Below are positions 9,867-21,263 of a stretch of DNA of 64,000 bases, in pieces. The DNA is from an uncultured Fibrobacteria bacterium (GTDB lineage Bacteria > Fibrobacterota > Fibrobacteria > UBA11236): contig OY970309.1 in NCBI GenBank assembly GCA_963716395.1, positions 704,001 through 768,000 on the forward strand, read 5' to 3'. The translations under genes and the position numbers were made by a program. The notes below the pieces were generated by a model. The model saw nothing but the letters and a program-made list of their open reading frames with translations, was not told the DNA's origin and did not search any database. Positions within the stretch are counted from its first letter, which is position 1. Every line of letters starts with the position of its first letter.

Positions 9867-10487
9867 ATGAAAACTTTGCCGCATCTCTTCGCACAAAACC
9901 GACAATGGGCTTCCGGCATTTTGAAAAACCGGCCGGATTTTTTCAAGGTGCTGTCAAAACAGCAATCCCCGGAATATTTGTGGATCGGCTGCGCCGACAG
10001 CCGCGTGCCGGCCAATGAAATCGTCAACCTGTTGCCGGGCGAGCTGTTCGTGCACCGCAACGTCGCCAACCTGGTCAAGCACACCGACATGAATTGCCTG
10101 TCGGTGTTGCAGTTCGCCATCGACATCCTCAAGGTCAAGCACATCATCGTCTGCGGTCATTACGGCTGCGGGGGCGTGCGCGCGGCCATGGAAGATCGGC
10201 CGCACGGTTTGGTCGACAACTGGATTCGCAGCATCCGTGACATCTACTTGCAGAACCGGAAATTGTTGGCCGGATCGAAAGAAGCCAAGGTCGACAAACT
10301 GTGCGAACTCAACGTGGTGAGCCAGGTCTACAACGTGTGCCAGACCACGGTGGTGCAGGAGGCCTGGAAACGCGGGCAGAACCTTTCCATCCACGGTTGG
10401 ATTTACAGCCTGAAAGACGGGTTGCTGAAAGACCTCGACGTCGGCGTGCACAAGAACAAAGACGTGGTCAAATTGGAATTGAAATAG
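9867..10487 (+). CDS. can: Beta-carbonic anhydrase
   Basis: CADSRV, GELFVHRNVAN and HYGCGG zinc motifs. Confidence 0.95.
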   Translation: MKTLPHLFAQNRQWASGILKNRPDFFKVLSKQQSPEYLWIGCADSRVPANEIVNLLPGELFVHRNVANLVKHTDMNCLSVLQFAIDILKVKHIIVCGHYGCGGVRAAMEDRPHGLVDNWIRSIRDIYLQNRKLLAGSKEAKVDKLCELNVVSQVYNVCQTTVVQEAWKRGQNLSIHGWIYSLKDGLLKDLDVGVHKNKDVVKLELK

Positions 10488-10522
10488 ACGCCTACCGAGC
10501 GGCGGGATCAATTCGGGTGGGC

Positions 10523-10557
10523 AAAAAAAATGCGGCAGACGAAGTCCGCCGCATTTT
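10523..10557. terminator. Bidirectional intrinsic terminator between convergent genes
   Basis: A8-TGCGGCAGAC-GAA-GTCCGCCGCA-TTTT hairpin with one mismatch. Confidence 0.75.
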
Positions 10558-10576
10558 GACCCTAAAATCAGGCGGA

Positions 10577-11341
10577 TTAATGCTGGGCCAGGAACTCCTT
10601 GAGCTTGGCGTAATTAAGCGCCTTCTTCTTTTTGGCCGTATCCTTGGCGTCGATGATGGCGTACACCTCGTCGCAATATTTGTCGAGGAAGGCCCAGGTG
10701 ATCTGCTGCTTACGCGCCCAGGTGATGCACATCGGCCCCTTGGTCGTGTAGCCCGAGACGTATACGTAATGCCCGCCCCACGAACCGGGGGCTGAACCGC
10801 TGCCCGACGCCACGTCCCACGGCTTGCCCGCCTGGAATTGGGCCTGGGCCGATTTCGGCAGGTTGAGCCCCAAGCCCACGCCCACGTCGAGAAAAACGGC
10901 CTGCTTGACCAAGTTGTGGTTTTTCGGCGCGATTTCCGAATAGGCCTGAATCTTATAGTCCTGGCCGGCGACGGTCCAACCTTGTTTGCGCCAATCGCTG
11001 AGCGAATCCAGCACCACCAGGCCCGTGTCTTTACCCCCGGACTCTTTGAAATACTCGTTCTCCACGTCCTGGGTGGTAATGTCGAGCACCTTGCCCTGCT
11101 CGAGCAATTCGAAGCGCAAGGTCTGATGCGCCCGGCCGGCCATGACGCAATCGCCGTATTGATCATTGCCGAACATGGGAAGGGGAATGTTCTTGTGCGT
11201 GAGATCGAAATCGTATTCCGTGGGAATTTTCGGAGCCGCCTTCAGGATCGCGGCGAACATGAGATTGCGCTTATCGCGTTTGGCCTTGGCTTTTCCGAGT
11301 TTGAAAAGTGGGTGGTCATGGATGCCTTTGGAATCGCTCAT
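10577..11341 (-). CDS. Hypothetical protein, papain-like cysteine peptidase candidate
   Basis: NDQYGDCVMA (Cys), GGHYV..GY (His) and ITW segments occur in papain order; GGAG RBS. Confidence 0.55.
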   Translation of the reverse strand: MSDSKGIHDHPLFKLGKAKAKRDKRNLMFAAILKAAPKIPTEYDFDLTHKNIPLPMFGNDQYGDCVMAGRAHQTLRFELLEQGKVLDITTQDVENEYFKESGGKDTGLVVLDSLSDWRKQGWTVAGQDYKIQAYSEIAPKNHNLVKQAVFLDVGVGLGLNLPKSAQAQFQAGKPWDVASGSGSAPGSWGGHYVYVSGYTTKGPMCITWARKQQITWAFLDKYCDEVYAIIDAKDTAKKKKALNYAKLKEFLAQH

Positions 11342-11634
11342 TTTTTCTCCTTCGAAACTTGTAAGTATTCGTTTTTACAGCCCTTACCCGGGGGGGAAAG
11401 TATCAAATAAGGGAAAGCGCGTCATAAAGCATCGCGGCGACTTGCCACTAAGAATCGTGGCATGCGCGTGAGTGGGCGCCCGTTCCCGTTCAAAGCGGAG
11501 TATCAACGGACGGATGTCGGTCCGGAACGGTGCGGGAACGGACCCACCCGAGGGCAAACCCGTCTGCCGGAAACGTTGGGACCCTCGCTGGAGTCCGCAA
11601 CCCGGCCAGACCCGGCGAGTTAGATTTTCGGCGC

Positions 11635-14600
11635 ATGTCCCGGCCGAGGTTGAAGTTCCGGCTGCTCGCCTGGTTAGGCGTCGTCGCCGCCGGTGCGGCC
11701 TGGGGGGAAAAGCCGCAGGTCTTGGAAACGACTTCACACCATTACCGCATCTACTATGCAAAAAGGGATGCGGACGTGGCCGGCGAAGTGCTGCAGGTCG
11801 CCGAGGCCGTGTGGCCGACTCTGGCGCGCGCCTATGATGCCTACGACAATTATCAGACCATCGATATTTTCCTCGAAGATCCGGGAGATTACGCCAACGG
11901 CGACGCAATTTACGAATACTCGCGGGTCGAAATCTATTTGCCCCATTTGAATTGGGTGGTGCGCGGCCGGCGCAATTGGGTGGGCAATGTCACCACGCAT
12001 GAAATCGCGCATGTGTTCAGCCTGCGGCAAAAGGCGCGCTTGTGGATTTTCGACGACGCCACCTTGGGCGGTTACACCTTCAACCGCCAAATCAATTGGG
12101 GTCTGCTGCTGCCGTGGGTGCCCCTGGTGGCGCCGAGCTGGTGGGTCGAGGGGATCGCCCAATTCGAATCGGCGCAGGCGGGATTCGACACCTGGGATTC
12201 GCAGCGCGACATGATCGTGCGCGACGCATGGCTCACCCATTCGCTGCCCACCTTGGGGGAAATCGAAACCTATGACGGCGACTGGCTGCAGGGCGAGCGC
12301 GTGTATAATACCGGCTTCGCCTTTCTCCGTTACTTGCGCGACCGCTACGGTCTGGACCAAGTGCGCGCGCTGGCTTTTCCCAAACCCTTTTTCAATTTCG
12401 ACGGCGCGGTGCGCACGGTGTTCGGAAAATCGCTGCCCGACCTTTACGCCGAGTGGCAAAGCACCTTGATCGACCGCTACGGGGATTTCCAATACCTGCC
12501 CCGCGACACCGTGGTCGATCGCGACATCACCGGAAGTTTCAACCAAAGTCTCGCCTTCTCCCCCGACGGTCGGTACCTGGCTTGGCTGGGGAACGGGAAT
12601 CGCGAGGCACCCCTCAATTGGATTTACTGGAAGGAACTCGACGGCCAGTCCGCGGGGCATTCGGCGGCTACGGTGACCCTGCCGCGCGCCCCCGCACAAA
12701 AGGCCGTTCCCTTGCCGGAAAATCCGGCCCAACCCCTGGTGGAGGGGTTCAACCTGCCGACCCTCTTGCGTTTTGCCGGCCATCCCCTATTGCGCCGGGC
12801 CGCGCCCTTGCCGGTGGAATACGCCCGGCAACCCATCGACCGGCCGATGGGGCACAGCGAGGAGATCTATTCGGCCGGCCTGGAATTCAGCCGGGACGGC
12901 AAACGCCTGTTGACCACGCGCAACGACTGGTATTCACCCTACAGCGACATCTGGGAATACGAATTCCGGACCGACAAATCCGAAGCGGAAAAATGGCATC
13001 GCCTCACCTGGAACATCCGCGCCAGCGATGCGAGCTACCATCCCATTTTGCCGCGCACCATCGTGTTCTCCATGTTCGACGACGGCAGCTCCAATGTGGC
13101 CGTGCTCGACAGTACGGGGCGCATCCACCAGCTTACCCGCTTCCGCGAAGGCGAGCAGGTGTACAACCCGCGCTTCACTCCCCGGGGCGACAGCATCTAT
13201 TTCACCCTGGGCATCGGAGGCCGGGAAGCCATCGCCGCCATTCCCGCCGACGCGCCGGGTTACGACGCGTTTGCTTCACTCGACGACTCGGCCCAATTTC
13301 CCGACTCGCTGTACTTGGCCCGGGGCGATCGCATCCGCTTCGAAACGCCGCTCGGCCCGGGATCTTACCGCGACCTGCGTTTCGCGGGCGATACCTTGCT
13401 GGTGTCGTCGAACCAACGCGACGGCGTTTTCAACGTGTTCGCGCGGCTGCCGCATGACTCGGTGCTCTACCGGCTGACGCGCGATCGCACGCAAGCGCTC
13501 GAACCGCTCCTGCGCGATCACACCCTCTATTTTCAGGGGTACGCGCACCAGCACTTCACGCTGTTCCGCACCGCGCTCACGCTCGACTCGGCGGGAGTTT
13601 GGCCGGCCGCCGCCGATTCGCTGCCGGTGGAGCGCCCCAAAAAAAAAGACTACACCAAGGTCGCCGAAACCGACGAGCCCACGGTGCGCAAGGTGGCCTG
13701 GGACATCTCGCCCTATCTCGACCTGTCGCCGCAATTCCTCAATGACACCAACTTGACCAGCCTCAACCTCAATGTGGGTCTCAACCTCGCGCTCGGCCCG
13801 CTGTCGGGCGGCTTGGCGCAGAGCTTCGGGGGCTATCTGTCCAAGCGGGCGGATTTGGAAACACCCCTGGATTACGGGGCGGAGTACGCGGGCACCTGGT
13901 CGGGGGTCACGACTTGGCACCAGCGATTTGGGTGGACCCCCAACCTCGCTTACACCTTCACCCATGACGTGCGCCACTTGAATTCCAACAGCGGGATCAT
14001 CGACACCATTCCCACGACCACCGGCGCCGATCCGGCGCGCCTGGACGATCAGGCCCAAAACCAGGTGACCTACGCCTATGACATGGCTTCGGCCTTCATG
14101 GATTTGCCGCTCAACGGCATGCGTCTGGGTCCCGGCTTCATCGGGGTATTGTGGTATGGCCGCTATTGGAACGAAAACGTGACCTATGACGCCTCTGAAA
14201 CCGCGACGCTCACCGATCTGCTCACGGGGCAACAGCAGCGGTTCGCGCAGAATTACCATCTGTTCGACGCCTCCCTGCAACGGCATTTCTTCGACCAAGT
14301 CGCCGTGCAATGGGTGGTGCCGGCCTTCGCCACGCCGCTGCCGCGCTACCTCGGGTTCTTTGCCGATCTCGGGCAATGGTGGACGCGTTATGCTTTGGAT
14401 CCCGTGCCCACTGATTCTTTGCAAGCGGCGCGCAGCTTGGCCATCGCGCAAGGTCAGCCGGTGCCGCTGTATGAATTTCCCCAAAGCGATTTCAATCCCT
14501 GGCAAACCGATTTCGGCTGGTTCTGGTCCTGGTCGGCCGGAACCCATTTTCAAGTGTCTTTCCAAAACCAATTCGGCATGTTCACGCACAAATTTCCGAC

Positions 14601-15159
14601 CGTCACCGACACTGTGGCGGTTTATCCCGGCGACGACACCACGGTCGAGGTCCCCCATCCCAATCTCTGGGTCATGCCGTATCGGCTCGGTCTGTACATG
14701 ATGCCCGGGTATCCGTACAGTTTCATTTACCGCGGTCAAGACGTGCTCGCGGGGACGGCCATGGGCTGGGCGCATGTGCAAATCGATGTGCCCGTGAAGA
14801 TTCGGAAATTCCTGCCCTATCCTTCGCCGCTCAGTTCGCTGAACAAGGTGCAGTTCAGTTTGATGGGCGATGCCGGCGCGGCGCTGAACCGAACCCCCGA
14901 TGAAATCGCGCAGGCCTTGGAGAACGGCGAGCAACACCTGCTGCTCGACTACGGTGGCAAGCTTGGAGTCACCTTCTTGTTCTACCATCAGATTCCCATG
15001 GAACTGTACGGAACCGTCTACATGCCTTACAATCAGCTTCGCAGCGGTGACGCATTTTACGGCGATTGGGCCGCGCAGGGATATGCTTCGCCGCAAGCCT
15101 ATCTGCGCAACGTGCAGGAACCGCGCTATTTCGTAGGCTTCACCATCGGCAATCTGTAA
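11635..15159 (+). CDS. Exported zinc metallopeptidase (HExxH) + TolB/PD40-like propeller + Omp85-like barrel
   Basis: Signal peptide, THEIAHVF..WWVEGIA, FSPDG/FSRDG/FTPRG repeats, C-terminal ...DAG...YFVGFTIGNL. Confidence 0.7.
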   Translation: MSRPRLKFRLLAWLGVVAAGAAWGEKPQVLETTSHHYRIYYAKRDADVAGEVLQVAEAVWPTLARAYDAYDNYQTIDIFLEDPGDYANGDAIYEYSRVEIYLPHLNWVVRGRRNWVGNVTTHEIAHVFSLRQKARLWIFDDATLGGYTFNRQINWGLLLPWVPLVAPSWWVEGIAQFESAQAGFDTWDSQRDMIVRDAWLTHSLPTLGEIETYDGDWLQGERVYNTGFAFLRYLRDRYGLDQVRALAFPKPFFNFDGAVRTVFGKSLPDLYAEWQSTLIDRYGDFQYLPRDTVVDRDITGSFNQSLAFSPDGRYLAWLGNGNREAPLNWIYWKELDGQSAGHSAATVTLPRAPAQKAVPLPENPAQPLVEGFNLPTLLRFAGHPLLRRAAPLPVEYARQPIDRPMGHSEEIYSAGLEFSRDGKRLLTTRNDWYSPYSDIWEYEFRTDKSEAEKWHRLTWNIRASDASYHPILPRTIVFSMFDDGSSNVAVLDSTGRIHQLTRFREGEQVYNPRFTPRGDSIYFTLGIGGREAIAAIPADAPGYDAFASLDDSAQFPDSLYLARGDRIRFETPLGPGSYRDLRFAGDTLLVSSNQRDGVFNVFARLPHDSVLYRLTRDRTQALEPLLRDHTLYFQGYAHQHFTLFRTALTLDSAGVWPAAADSLPVERPKKKDYTKVAETDEPTVRKVAWDISPYLDLSPQFLNDTNLTSLNLNVGLNLALGPLSGGLAQSFGGYLSKRADLETPLDYGAEYAGTWSGVTTWHQRFGWTPNLAYTFTHDVRHLNSNSGIIDTIPTTTGADPARLDDQAQNQVTYAYDMASAFMDLPLNGMRLGPGFIGVLWYGRYWNENVTYDASETATLTDLLTGQQQRFAQNYHLFDASLQRHFFDQVAVQWVVPAFATPLPRYLGFFADLGQWWTRYALDPVPTDSLQAARSLAIAQGQPVPLYEFPQSDFNPWQTDFGWFWSWSAGTHFQVSFQNQFGMFTHKFPTVTDTVAVYPGDDTTVEVPHPNLWVMPYRLGLYMMPGYPYSFIYRGQDVLAGTAMGWAHVQIDVPVKIRKFLPYPSPLSSLNKVQFSLMGDAGAALNRTPDEIAQALENGEQHLLLDYGGKLGVTFLFYHQIPMELYGTVYMPYNQLRSGDAFYGDWAAQGYASPQAYLRNVQEPRYFVGFTIGNL

Positions 15160-15205
15160 TCCCCTCGGCCGCGACGGCGTCAAGAAATACATTTTTCGGG
15201 TTACC

Positions 15206-16435
15206 ATGAAACCCAGAGGATTCACCACTTCGCTGTTGCACAGCGATCGCCTCGGCCACCCCGAGCACGGATCGCTGCACAAACCCATTCACACCTCCAT
15301 CGCCTACGGGTACGCTCAGGCCGAAGATTTGGCCGCGGTGTTCCAGAACCGCGCCAAAGGCTATGCCTATGCGCGCCAGGCCAACCCCACGGTTTCAGCG
15401 CTCGAAGCCAAGGTCACCACCCTGGAGCAAGGCGTGGGCACGGTGTGCTTCGCCACCGGCATGGCGGCCTTCGGGGCCCTGGCGCTGGCCTTGCTGCGCC
15501 GCGGCGATCACGTGGTGGCCAGCCGCTACCTGTTCGGTAATACCGCCAGTCTGCTCAACACCTTGAACGGCTTGGGGGCCTCGGTTTCCTTTGTCGACGC
15601 CACCGACGCCCGTAATGTGGCGGCCGAGCTGCGGCCCGAAACCCGCCTGGTCCTGGTGGAAACCATCGCCAATCCCGTGACCCAGGTGGCCGACTTGCAG
15701 GCCATCGGGGCCTTGTGCCGGGAACATCGTTTGGTGTATGTCATCGACAACACCATGACCACGCCGTATTTGTTTCTGCCCAAAACCGTGGGAGCCGCCT
15801 TTGCCTGGAATTCGCTGTCGAAATATTTCGGCGGCCACGGCGACGCCTTGGGCGGCAGCATGACCGATTTGGGCCAATTCGATTGGACCCAATATCCGAA
15901 CATCCTCGATCTCTACAAAGGCGGCGACGCGAAGCAATGGGCCTTGCTGCAATTGCGCAAAAAGGGGTTGCGCGACTTCGGCGGCACCTTGGCCCCCGAA
16001 GCCGCGCATGTTTTGTCGGTAGGCTCCGAAACCTTGGCGTTACGCATGGAGCGCTGCTGCGCCAGCGCGCAGAAGCTGGCCGAACTGTTACAGAGCCATC
16101 CCGAGGTGGCGAAAACGCATTATCCCGGCCTGGACTCGCATCCCCAGCACGCCCGGGCCGGCGCCCTGTTCGCGCGCCCCGGCGCCTTGCTCAGCTTCGA
16201 ACTCGACCCGAAGGTCGACACCTTCGCCTGCCTCGACCGCCTGCAGGTGGGCGTGCTGTCGAGCAACCTCGGCGATGCACGCACTTTGGTGATCCCCGTC
16301 GCACAAACAATATTCTGGGAATTGGGTCCGCAGAAACGGGCCGAAATGGGAATCGCCGAATCTTTGGTGCGCGTGTCGGTGGGCCTCGAAGACGCCGAGG
16401 ATTTGCTCGGGGATTTCGCCCAGGCTTTGGGGTAA
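15206..16435 (+). CDS. Cystathionine gamma-synthase / acylhomoserine sulfhydrylase family PLP enzyme
   Basis: [27 protein letters not shown] (PLP lysine), NLGD and RVSVGLED motifs. Confidence 0.9.
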   Translation: MKPRGFTTSLLHSDRLGHPEHGSLHKPIHTSIAYGYAQAEDLAAVFQNRAKGYAYARQANPTVSALEAKVTTLEQGVGTVCFATGMAAFGALALALLRRGDHVVASRYLFGNTASLLNTLNGLGASVSFVDATDARNVAAELRPETRLVLVETIANPVTQVADLQAIGALCREHRLVYVIDNTMTTPYLFLPKTVGAAFAWNSLSKYFGGHGDALGGSMTDLGQFDWTQYPNILDLYKGGDAKQWALLQLRKKGLRDFGGTLAPEAAHVLSVGSETLALRMERCCASAQKLAELLQSHPEVAKTHYPGLDSHPQHARAGALFARPGALLSFELDPKVDTFACLDRLQVGVLSSNLGDARTLVIPVAQTIFWELGPQKRAEMGIAESLVRVSVGLEDAEDLLGDFAQALG

Positions 16436-16442
16436 CCCGCTC

Positions 16443-19400
16443 ATGAACTTTCAGGATCTCGTTCTCACCTTGCAACGCTATTGGGGCCAGCGCGGCTGCC
16501 TCATCGCCCAGCCCTATGACCTGGAAAAAGGCGCGGCTACTTTCAACCCGGCCACGTTTTTGCGCGCGCTCGGACCCGAGCCATTCCACGCCGCCTTCAT
16601 CGAGCCCTGCCGCCGCCCCAAGGACGGCCGCTACGGCGACAATCCGAACCGATTGCAGCACTACTATCAATTTCAGGTGGTGCTGAAACCGAGCCCGCTC
16701 GACATCGTCGATCTCTATCTCGGGTCGCTGCGCGAAATCGGCGTCGACACTTCGCTGCATGACATTCGTTTCGTGCACGACGATTGGGAGTCGCCCACGC
16801 TCGGGGCCTGGGGTTTGGGCTGGGAGGTGTGGCTCGACGGCATGGAGATCACCCAGTTCACCTATTTCCAGCAGGTGGGCGGCCTGGATCTCAAACCCAT
16901 CATGGGTGAAATCACCTATGGGCTCGAACGGCTGTGCATGTATCTGCAGCACGTCGACAACGTTTTCAAGCTCAGGTACAACGACCGTTACTCCTACGGC
17001 GACTTGTTCCACGACAACGAGGTGCAATATTCCCGGCACAATTTCGCAGCCGCCGACACGGCCCTGCACGCCGAGTCGTTCACCCGTTTCGAAGCGGAAT
17101 GTTTGCGCCTGTGCGCCGCCGATTTGCCCGCGCCGGCTTTCGACGATTGCCTCAAGGCCAGCCACGCCTTCAATCTGCTCGATGCGCGCGGCGCGGTGTC
17201 GGTGAACGAGCGGCAGGGTTATATCCTGCGCGTGCGGACCTTGGCGAAATCCGTGGCCGAAGCCTGGAATAAACACCGGGCGGCCTTGGGCTATCCCTTG
17301 CTCAAAACCCCGGCGGGCGGCAACGCAACCGGAAACACGGCCGAAGAAGCGGCGGGTGAAATGCGCGCCGGACTGAGCGCCGAGCTGTTGAACGCGCCCC
17401 GCAGCCCCGCCGGCGTCACCGCGCCGCTGCTGGTCGAACTGGGCGTCGAAGAAATGCCGGCCCGCGTGTTCGGGCCGCTGCGGCGCGATCTGCCCGCCCT
17501 AATCGAAAAGCATCTCGCGCCGACCTTGCTCAATCCCGTGGATGTCAAGATCTTCACCACGCCGCGCCGCCTCGCCATTTCCATCAGCGCGGTTCTGCTG
17601 CGGCAACCGGATCAAAAGCTGGCGCTCAAAGGTCCGCCCGTGCATTTGGCCCAAGACGCGGCCGGCCAGTGGAGCAAGGCGGCTTTGTCTTTCGCCCAGA
17701 AAAACGGGATTACGCCGGATCAGTTGGAAATCAAAGACAACTATCTCTGCGCCGAGGTTGAAAAACCGGGCCGCGAAGCTTTGGAAATCCTGGCGGAAAT
17801 ATTTCCCAAAATCTTCGCCGAAATCCATTGGTACAAGACCATGCGCTGGGGTGACGGCGAAGGCACCCCCTTCGTGCGGCCCGTAACCTGGCTCGCGGCG
17901 CTGCTCGGCGAGCGCGTGATTCCCATGGCCTTTGCCGGCGTCGAGAGCACGGAACAAAGCCGCGGCCACCGCTTTCTGCACAATCGCCCCGTTCCCATCG
18001 CCGCCGAACGCACCGCCTATCTGGCGGCGCTGCGCGAGGCCGCGGTGATCGCCGATGCGGACGAACGCCGGGAGCTGATTCGATCGCTGTTAAGCGAAGC
18101 CGCGGACAAAGAAGGCCTGACCTGGCGGGTGGACGAAGAGTTGCTCGAAACCGTGACGTATCTAACCGAGTATCCGGTGCCGGTGATTTGCGCCTTCGAC
18201 CCGGCCCGGCTCGTCCTGCCCGAAGAAGTGCTGGTGTCGGAAATGCGCGAGCACCAGAAGCTCTTCGCCCTGCAAACCGGCGACGGCAAGCTCAGCCATT
18301 TCTTCGTGGCCATCGCCAACACCGAGGCCCGTGATTACGGCCTGATCCGCGAAGGCAATGCAAGCGTGGTGCGCGCGCGTTTTTCCGACGCCGAGTTTTT
18401 TCTGCGCGAAGACGGCAAGAAGAAGTTGGCCGACCGCCGCGACGATCTCAAGAGCATGGTCTTTCTCAAAGAGCTGGGAGGCGGCGGCAGCCTTTACCAC
18501 AAGACCCGGCGGGTGGAAAACCTCGTGGACGAATTGGGCCGCCGGCTGGAATGGCCGGCCGCTCCCATCGCCGCCGCTCGGCAGATCGCGGCCTTGTGCA
18601 AGAACGATCTCACCACCCAGATGGTGGGCGAGTTTCCCGATTTGCAGGGCATTATGGGGCGCCATTATGCGCTGGCCGACGGCCTGCCCCCCGCCGTGGC
18701 CGACGGCATCGCCGATCATTATCGCCCGCGTAACCAAAGCGACGGCTTTCCCGAAACCGCCGCAGGCGCCTTGGTGGGCATTGCCGACCGCCTCGACACC
18801 TTGGTCGCGCTCTTCGCCAAGGGCAAAGCCCCGACGGGCTCGGCCGATCCCTTTGCCCTGCGCCGCGCCTGTTGGACCTGCGCGGCCTTGGTGTTGCGCG
18901 CGGGCATCCGCCTTCCCGTCGGCGATCTCTTGCAATCGGCCCTGGACCAATTCGACGCATCCGAAATCGCCGTGGCGGAACACGCGGGTGTAATCGATGC
19001 CCTGCGAACATTTTTCCGGGGCCGGGTGCAAACCCTGTTCGCCGAAGCGGGCCGTTCGGGATTGCCCGAGGCCGTGCCGTCCGACACCTTCGACGCGGCC
19101 GCCGGCGCCAAGTCCGGCTGGGAGGATTTGCCCGGGTTGGCCGCGCGCCTGCACGCCTTGCAAACCTTTCGCGGCCGGCCGGGTTTCCGGGAAATCGCCG
19201 AGACCTTCAAACGGGTCAGCAACATCCTGAAAGACACCGTGCCCGGCGAGTTACGCCCGGAAAACCTGGCGCAGCCGGCCGAGCAAAAACTGTTGCACGC
19301 GCTGGGACAGGCCGGTTCCGCAGTCACGGCCGCGGCCCGGAACCAGGCCTGGGAAAAGGCCTTGGAAGCGGTGGCCACCTTGCGCGCGCCCGTAGCCGAA

Positions 19401-19526
19401 TTGTTCGACGCGGTCATGGTCAACGATCCCGACGCCGCGTTGCGGCAAAACCGCCAGGCTCTGCTGCAGGCCGTGCGCGAGGTGGTGCTCGAAGCGGCGG
19501 ACTTCTCGGCGTTTCAAATCGCGTGA
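16443..19526 (+). CDS. glyS: Glycine--tRNA ligase, fused alpha+beta subunits
   Basis: GlyQ motifs ([38 protein letters not shown]) continue in frame into GlyS motifs ([36 protein letters not shown]). Confidence 0.93.
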   Translation: MNFQDLVLTLQRYWGQRGCLIAQPYDLEKGAATFNPATFLRALGPEPFHAAFIEPCRRPKDGRYGDNPNRLQHYYQFQVVLKPSPLDIVDLYLGSLREIGVDTSLHDIRFVHDDWESPTLGAWGLGWEVWLDGMEITQFTYFQQVGGLDLKPIMGEITYGLERLCMYLQHVDNVFKLRYNDRYSYGDLFHDNEVQYSRHNFAAADTALHAESFTRFEAECLRLCAADLPAPAFDDCLKASHAFNLLDARGAVSVNERQGYILRVRTLAKSVAEAWNKHRAALGYPLLKTPAGGNATGNTAEEAAGEMRAGLSAELLNAPRSPAGVTAPLLVELGVEEMPARVFGPLRRDLPALIEKHLAPTLLNPVDVKIFTTPRRLAISISAVLLRQPDQKLALKGPPVHLAQDAAGQWSKAALSFAQKNGITPDQLEIKDNYLCAEVEKPGREALEILAEIFPKIFAEIHWYKTMRWGDGEGTPFVRPVTWLAALLGERVIPMAFAGVESTEQSRGHRFLHNRPVPIAAERTAYLAALREAAVIADADERRELIRSLLSEAADKEGLTWRVDEELLETVTYLTEYPVPVICAFDPARLVLPEEVLVSEMREHQKLFALQTGDGKLSHFFVAIANTEARDYGLIREGNASVVRARFSDAEFFLREDGKKKLADRRDDLKSMVFLKELGGGGSLYHKTRRVENLVDELGRRLEWPAAPIAAARQIAALCKNDLTTQMVGEFPDLQGIMGRHYALADGLPPAVADGIADHYRPRNQSDGFPETAAGALVGIADRLDTLVALFAKGKAPTGSADPFALRRACWTCAALVLRAGIRLPVGDLLQSALDQFDASEIAVAEHAGVIDALRTFFRGRVQTLFAEAGRSGLPEAVPSDTFDAAAGAKSGWEDLPGLAARLHALQTFRGRPGFREIAETFKRVSNILKDTVPGELRPENLAQPAEQKLLHALGQAGSAVTAAARNQAWEKALEAVATLRAPVAELFDAVMVNDPDAALRQNRQALLQAVREVVLEAADFSAFQIA

Positions 19527-19543
19527 TCGACGCCCGCGGGCGT

Positions 19544-20785
19544 TTATCGGTCCGTTGCGGCCGGGTTGGGCCGGGGTCCTTCCCGTCTGTCATAGCGCCA
19601 TAGGCGCGGGCGATACCAGGAAAAAATCGCGACCCCAATCACGCAGAGGATTCCACCGGAGACGATGGAGATTTGCGTGTTGGTCAGGGCCGCGGCCAAA
19701 CCCGACTCGGCATTGCCGAGCAAAGGACCGCTCATATAGCTCACCATTTCGACGCCGGCCAACCGGCCCCGCAAACCATCAGGAATGGTGGTATTCCAAA
19801 TCGTAGTGCGGAAAATCATGCTCACCGTGTCGGCTCCGCCGGCCAGCGCGAGAAAAAACAAGGCCGGCCACAGGTGATGGGAAAAGCCGAAGGCGACCAT
19901 GGCCAGCCCCCAAAGCGACGCGGCCAGTATCACCGCCGCTCCGTAGCGGCGCACCCGCCGGGTCCACGCGCTCAACAGCGAGGTCAGGAAAGCGCCGGCG
20001 GCCGGCGCCGAATACAGCAGCCCCAGGACCCGCGCGCCGCCCAAGCCCTGCGCCACGGCCGGGAACAAGGCCATGGGCATGCCGAACACCACGGCGAGAA
20101 AATCCACGGCATAGGTTCCCAGCAACTCGTCGCGGCTCCAGGCGTAGCGAAGGCCCTCGACGATGCCGGCCAAACTGGGGGGACGCGAATGCGCCGGCGC
20201 GGGCATGGCGCGCATGGCCGCCAGAGCCCCCATCGAAACGCCGAAGCTCGCCAGGTCGCAGAAATACGTGGCGGTCAATCCGGCGGAAGCGATGAGAATC
20301 CCGCCCAAGGCCGGGCCCGCGACTTGGGCAAACGTGTTTTGCAACGAATCGAGCGCGCTGGCCGCGGGAATATCGGCGCGATCCACCAAACGCGGCGTCA
20401 TGGCGTGGTAAGCCGGACCCTGGAAACCGTTCGCCGCCGAGGCCAGCCCCGCCAGCAGATAAATCAGCCAGACTTGGGGATGCCGGCTCATGGCGTTCAA
20501 ACCATACGCCAGCGAGCACAGAGCCAGCACTCCCTGCGCCGACAACAGCAGTTTGCGCCGATCCCAGGCATCGGAATAGGCGCCGCCGAGCAGGGCGGTC
20601 AGCAGCAGCGGAACCAATTGCGCCACGCCCACCATGCCCACGGCGAAAGAGGATCCCGTGAGGTGGTAAAGCTGGTAAGGAAGCGCGACAAAGGTCAGCA
20701 TGCTCCCCACGGCCGATACCCCTTGGCCGAAAAACAGCAGGCGATACTCGCGATACCGTAGTAACGGTGTTACGTCCAGCAGCAT
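19544..20785 (-). CDS. MFS transporter (EntS-like exporter)
   Basis: LLDVTPLLRYREYR start, GGAYSDAWDRRK, IPDGLRGR, about 12 TM segments. Confidence 0.85.
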   Translation of the reverse strand: MLLDVTPLLRYREYRLLFFGQGVSAVGSMLTFVALPYQLYHLTGSSFAVGMVGVAQLVPLLLTALLGGAYSDAWDRRKLLLSAQGVLALCSLAYGLNAMSRHPQVWLIYLLAGLASAANGFQGPAYHAMTPRLVDRADIPAASALDSLQNTFAQVAGPALGGILIASAGLTATYFCDLASFGVSMGALAAMRAMPAPAHSRPPSLAGIVEGLRYAWSRDELLGTYAVDFLAVVFGMPMALFPAVAQGLGGARVLGLLYSAPAAGAFLTSLLSAWTRRVRRYGAAVILAASLWGLAMVAFGFSHHLWPALFFLALAGGADTVSMIFRTTIWNTTIPDGLRGRLAGVEMVSYMSGPLLGNAESGLAAALTNTQISIVSGGILCVIGVAIFSWYRPRLWRYDRREGPRPNPAATDR

Positions 20786-21228
20786 GGTCTTCCGCTTTTG
20801 TTGCCGTTGCCTTAGGCCGGGCCGGGAAGCAATGCCCCGGCGGGTTTACGGCCCGCCGGCTTCTCCAACTTTGATTTCAAATTCCATTTGATACTTATAA
20901 TAAGAGATTTCAAGCTGGGCGGATTTTCAGTAGAAATCGGGTCGTGTTTTCCGTATTCCGATTTGAGACATTTCATGATACATCGCGCCAACGCTTTGGG
21001 AACCAGCCGCTTCTCAGCCCAAAATCTGAGACGGAATATTTTTGAAAGCCCTGTCCCATCTGCCCAAATTGAACCGGTTGTTTTTTCCCCTGGGAGAAAA
21101 TAAGGAAGCTGTTTCCGGAACAACGGTTCGTTTTTTCACTTGCGCACGAAATGGATCAGCTTCTCGCCGGTGAGGTAACCCAAAGCCATTTTCAAACCCC
21201 GTTAAGCCCGGGATTCCAGCCAAGCCAA

Positions 21229-21257
21229 TTGCTACGATATGCTACATGTGCTATACC
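21229..21257 (+). promoter_or_regulatory. Sigma70-like promoter with TGCTA direct repeats upstream of the Phd remnant
   Basis: TTGCTA-N17-TATACC with extended -10 TG; three TGCTA repeats; ATG 6 nt downstream of the -10. Confidence 0.55.
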
Positions 21258-21263
21258 GGGAAA

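Noticed and set aside
11551-11590. GGGCAAACC...GAAA...GGGAC resembling a c-di-GMP-I riboswitch
   Set aside because: The stem pairing is poor and the following GCAAA/P3 elements are missing.
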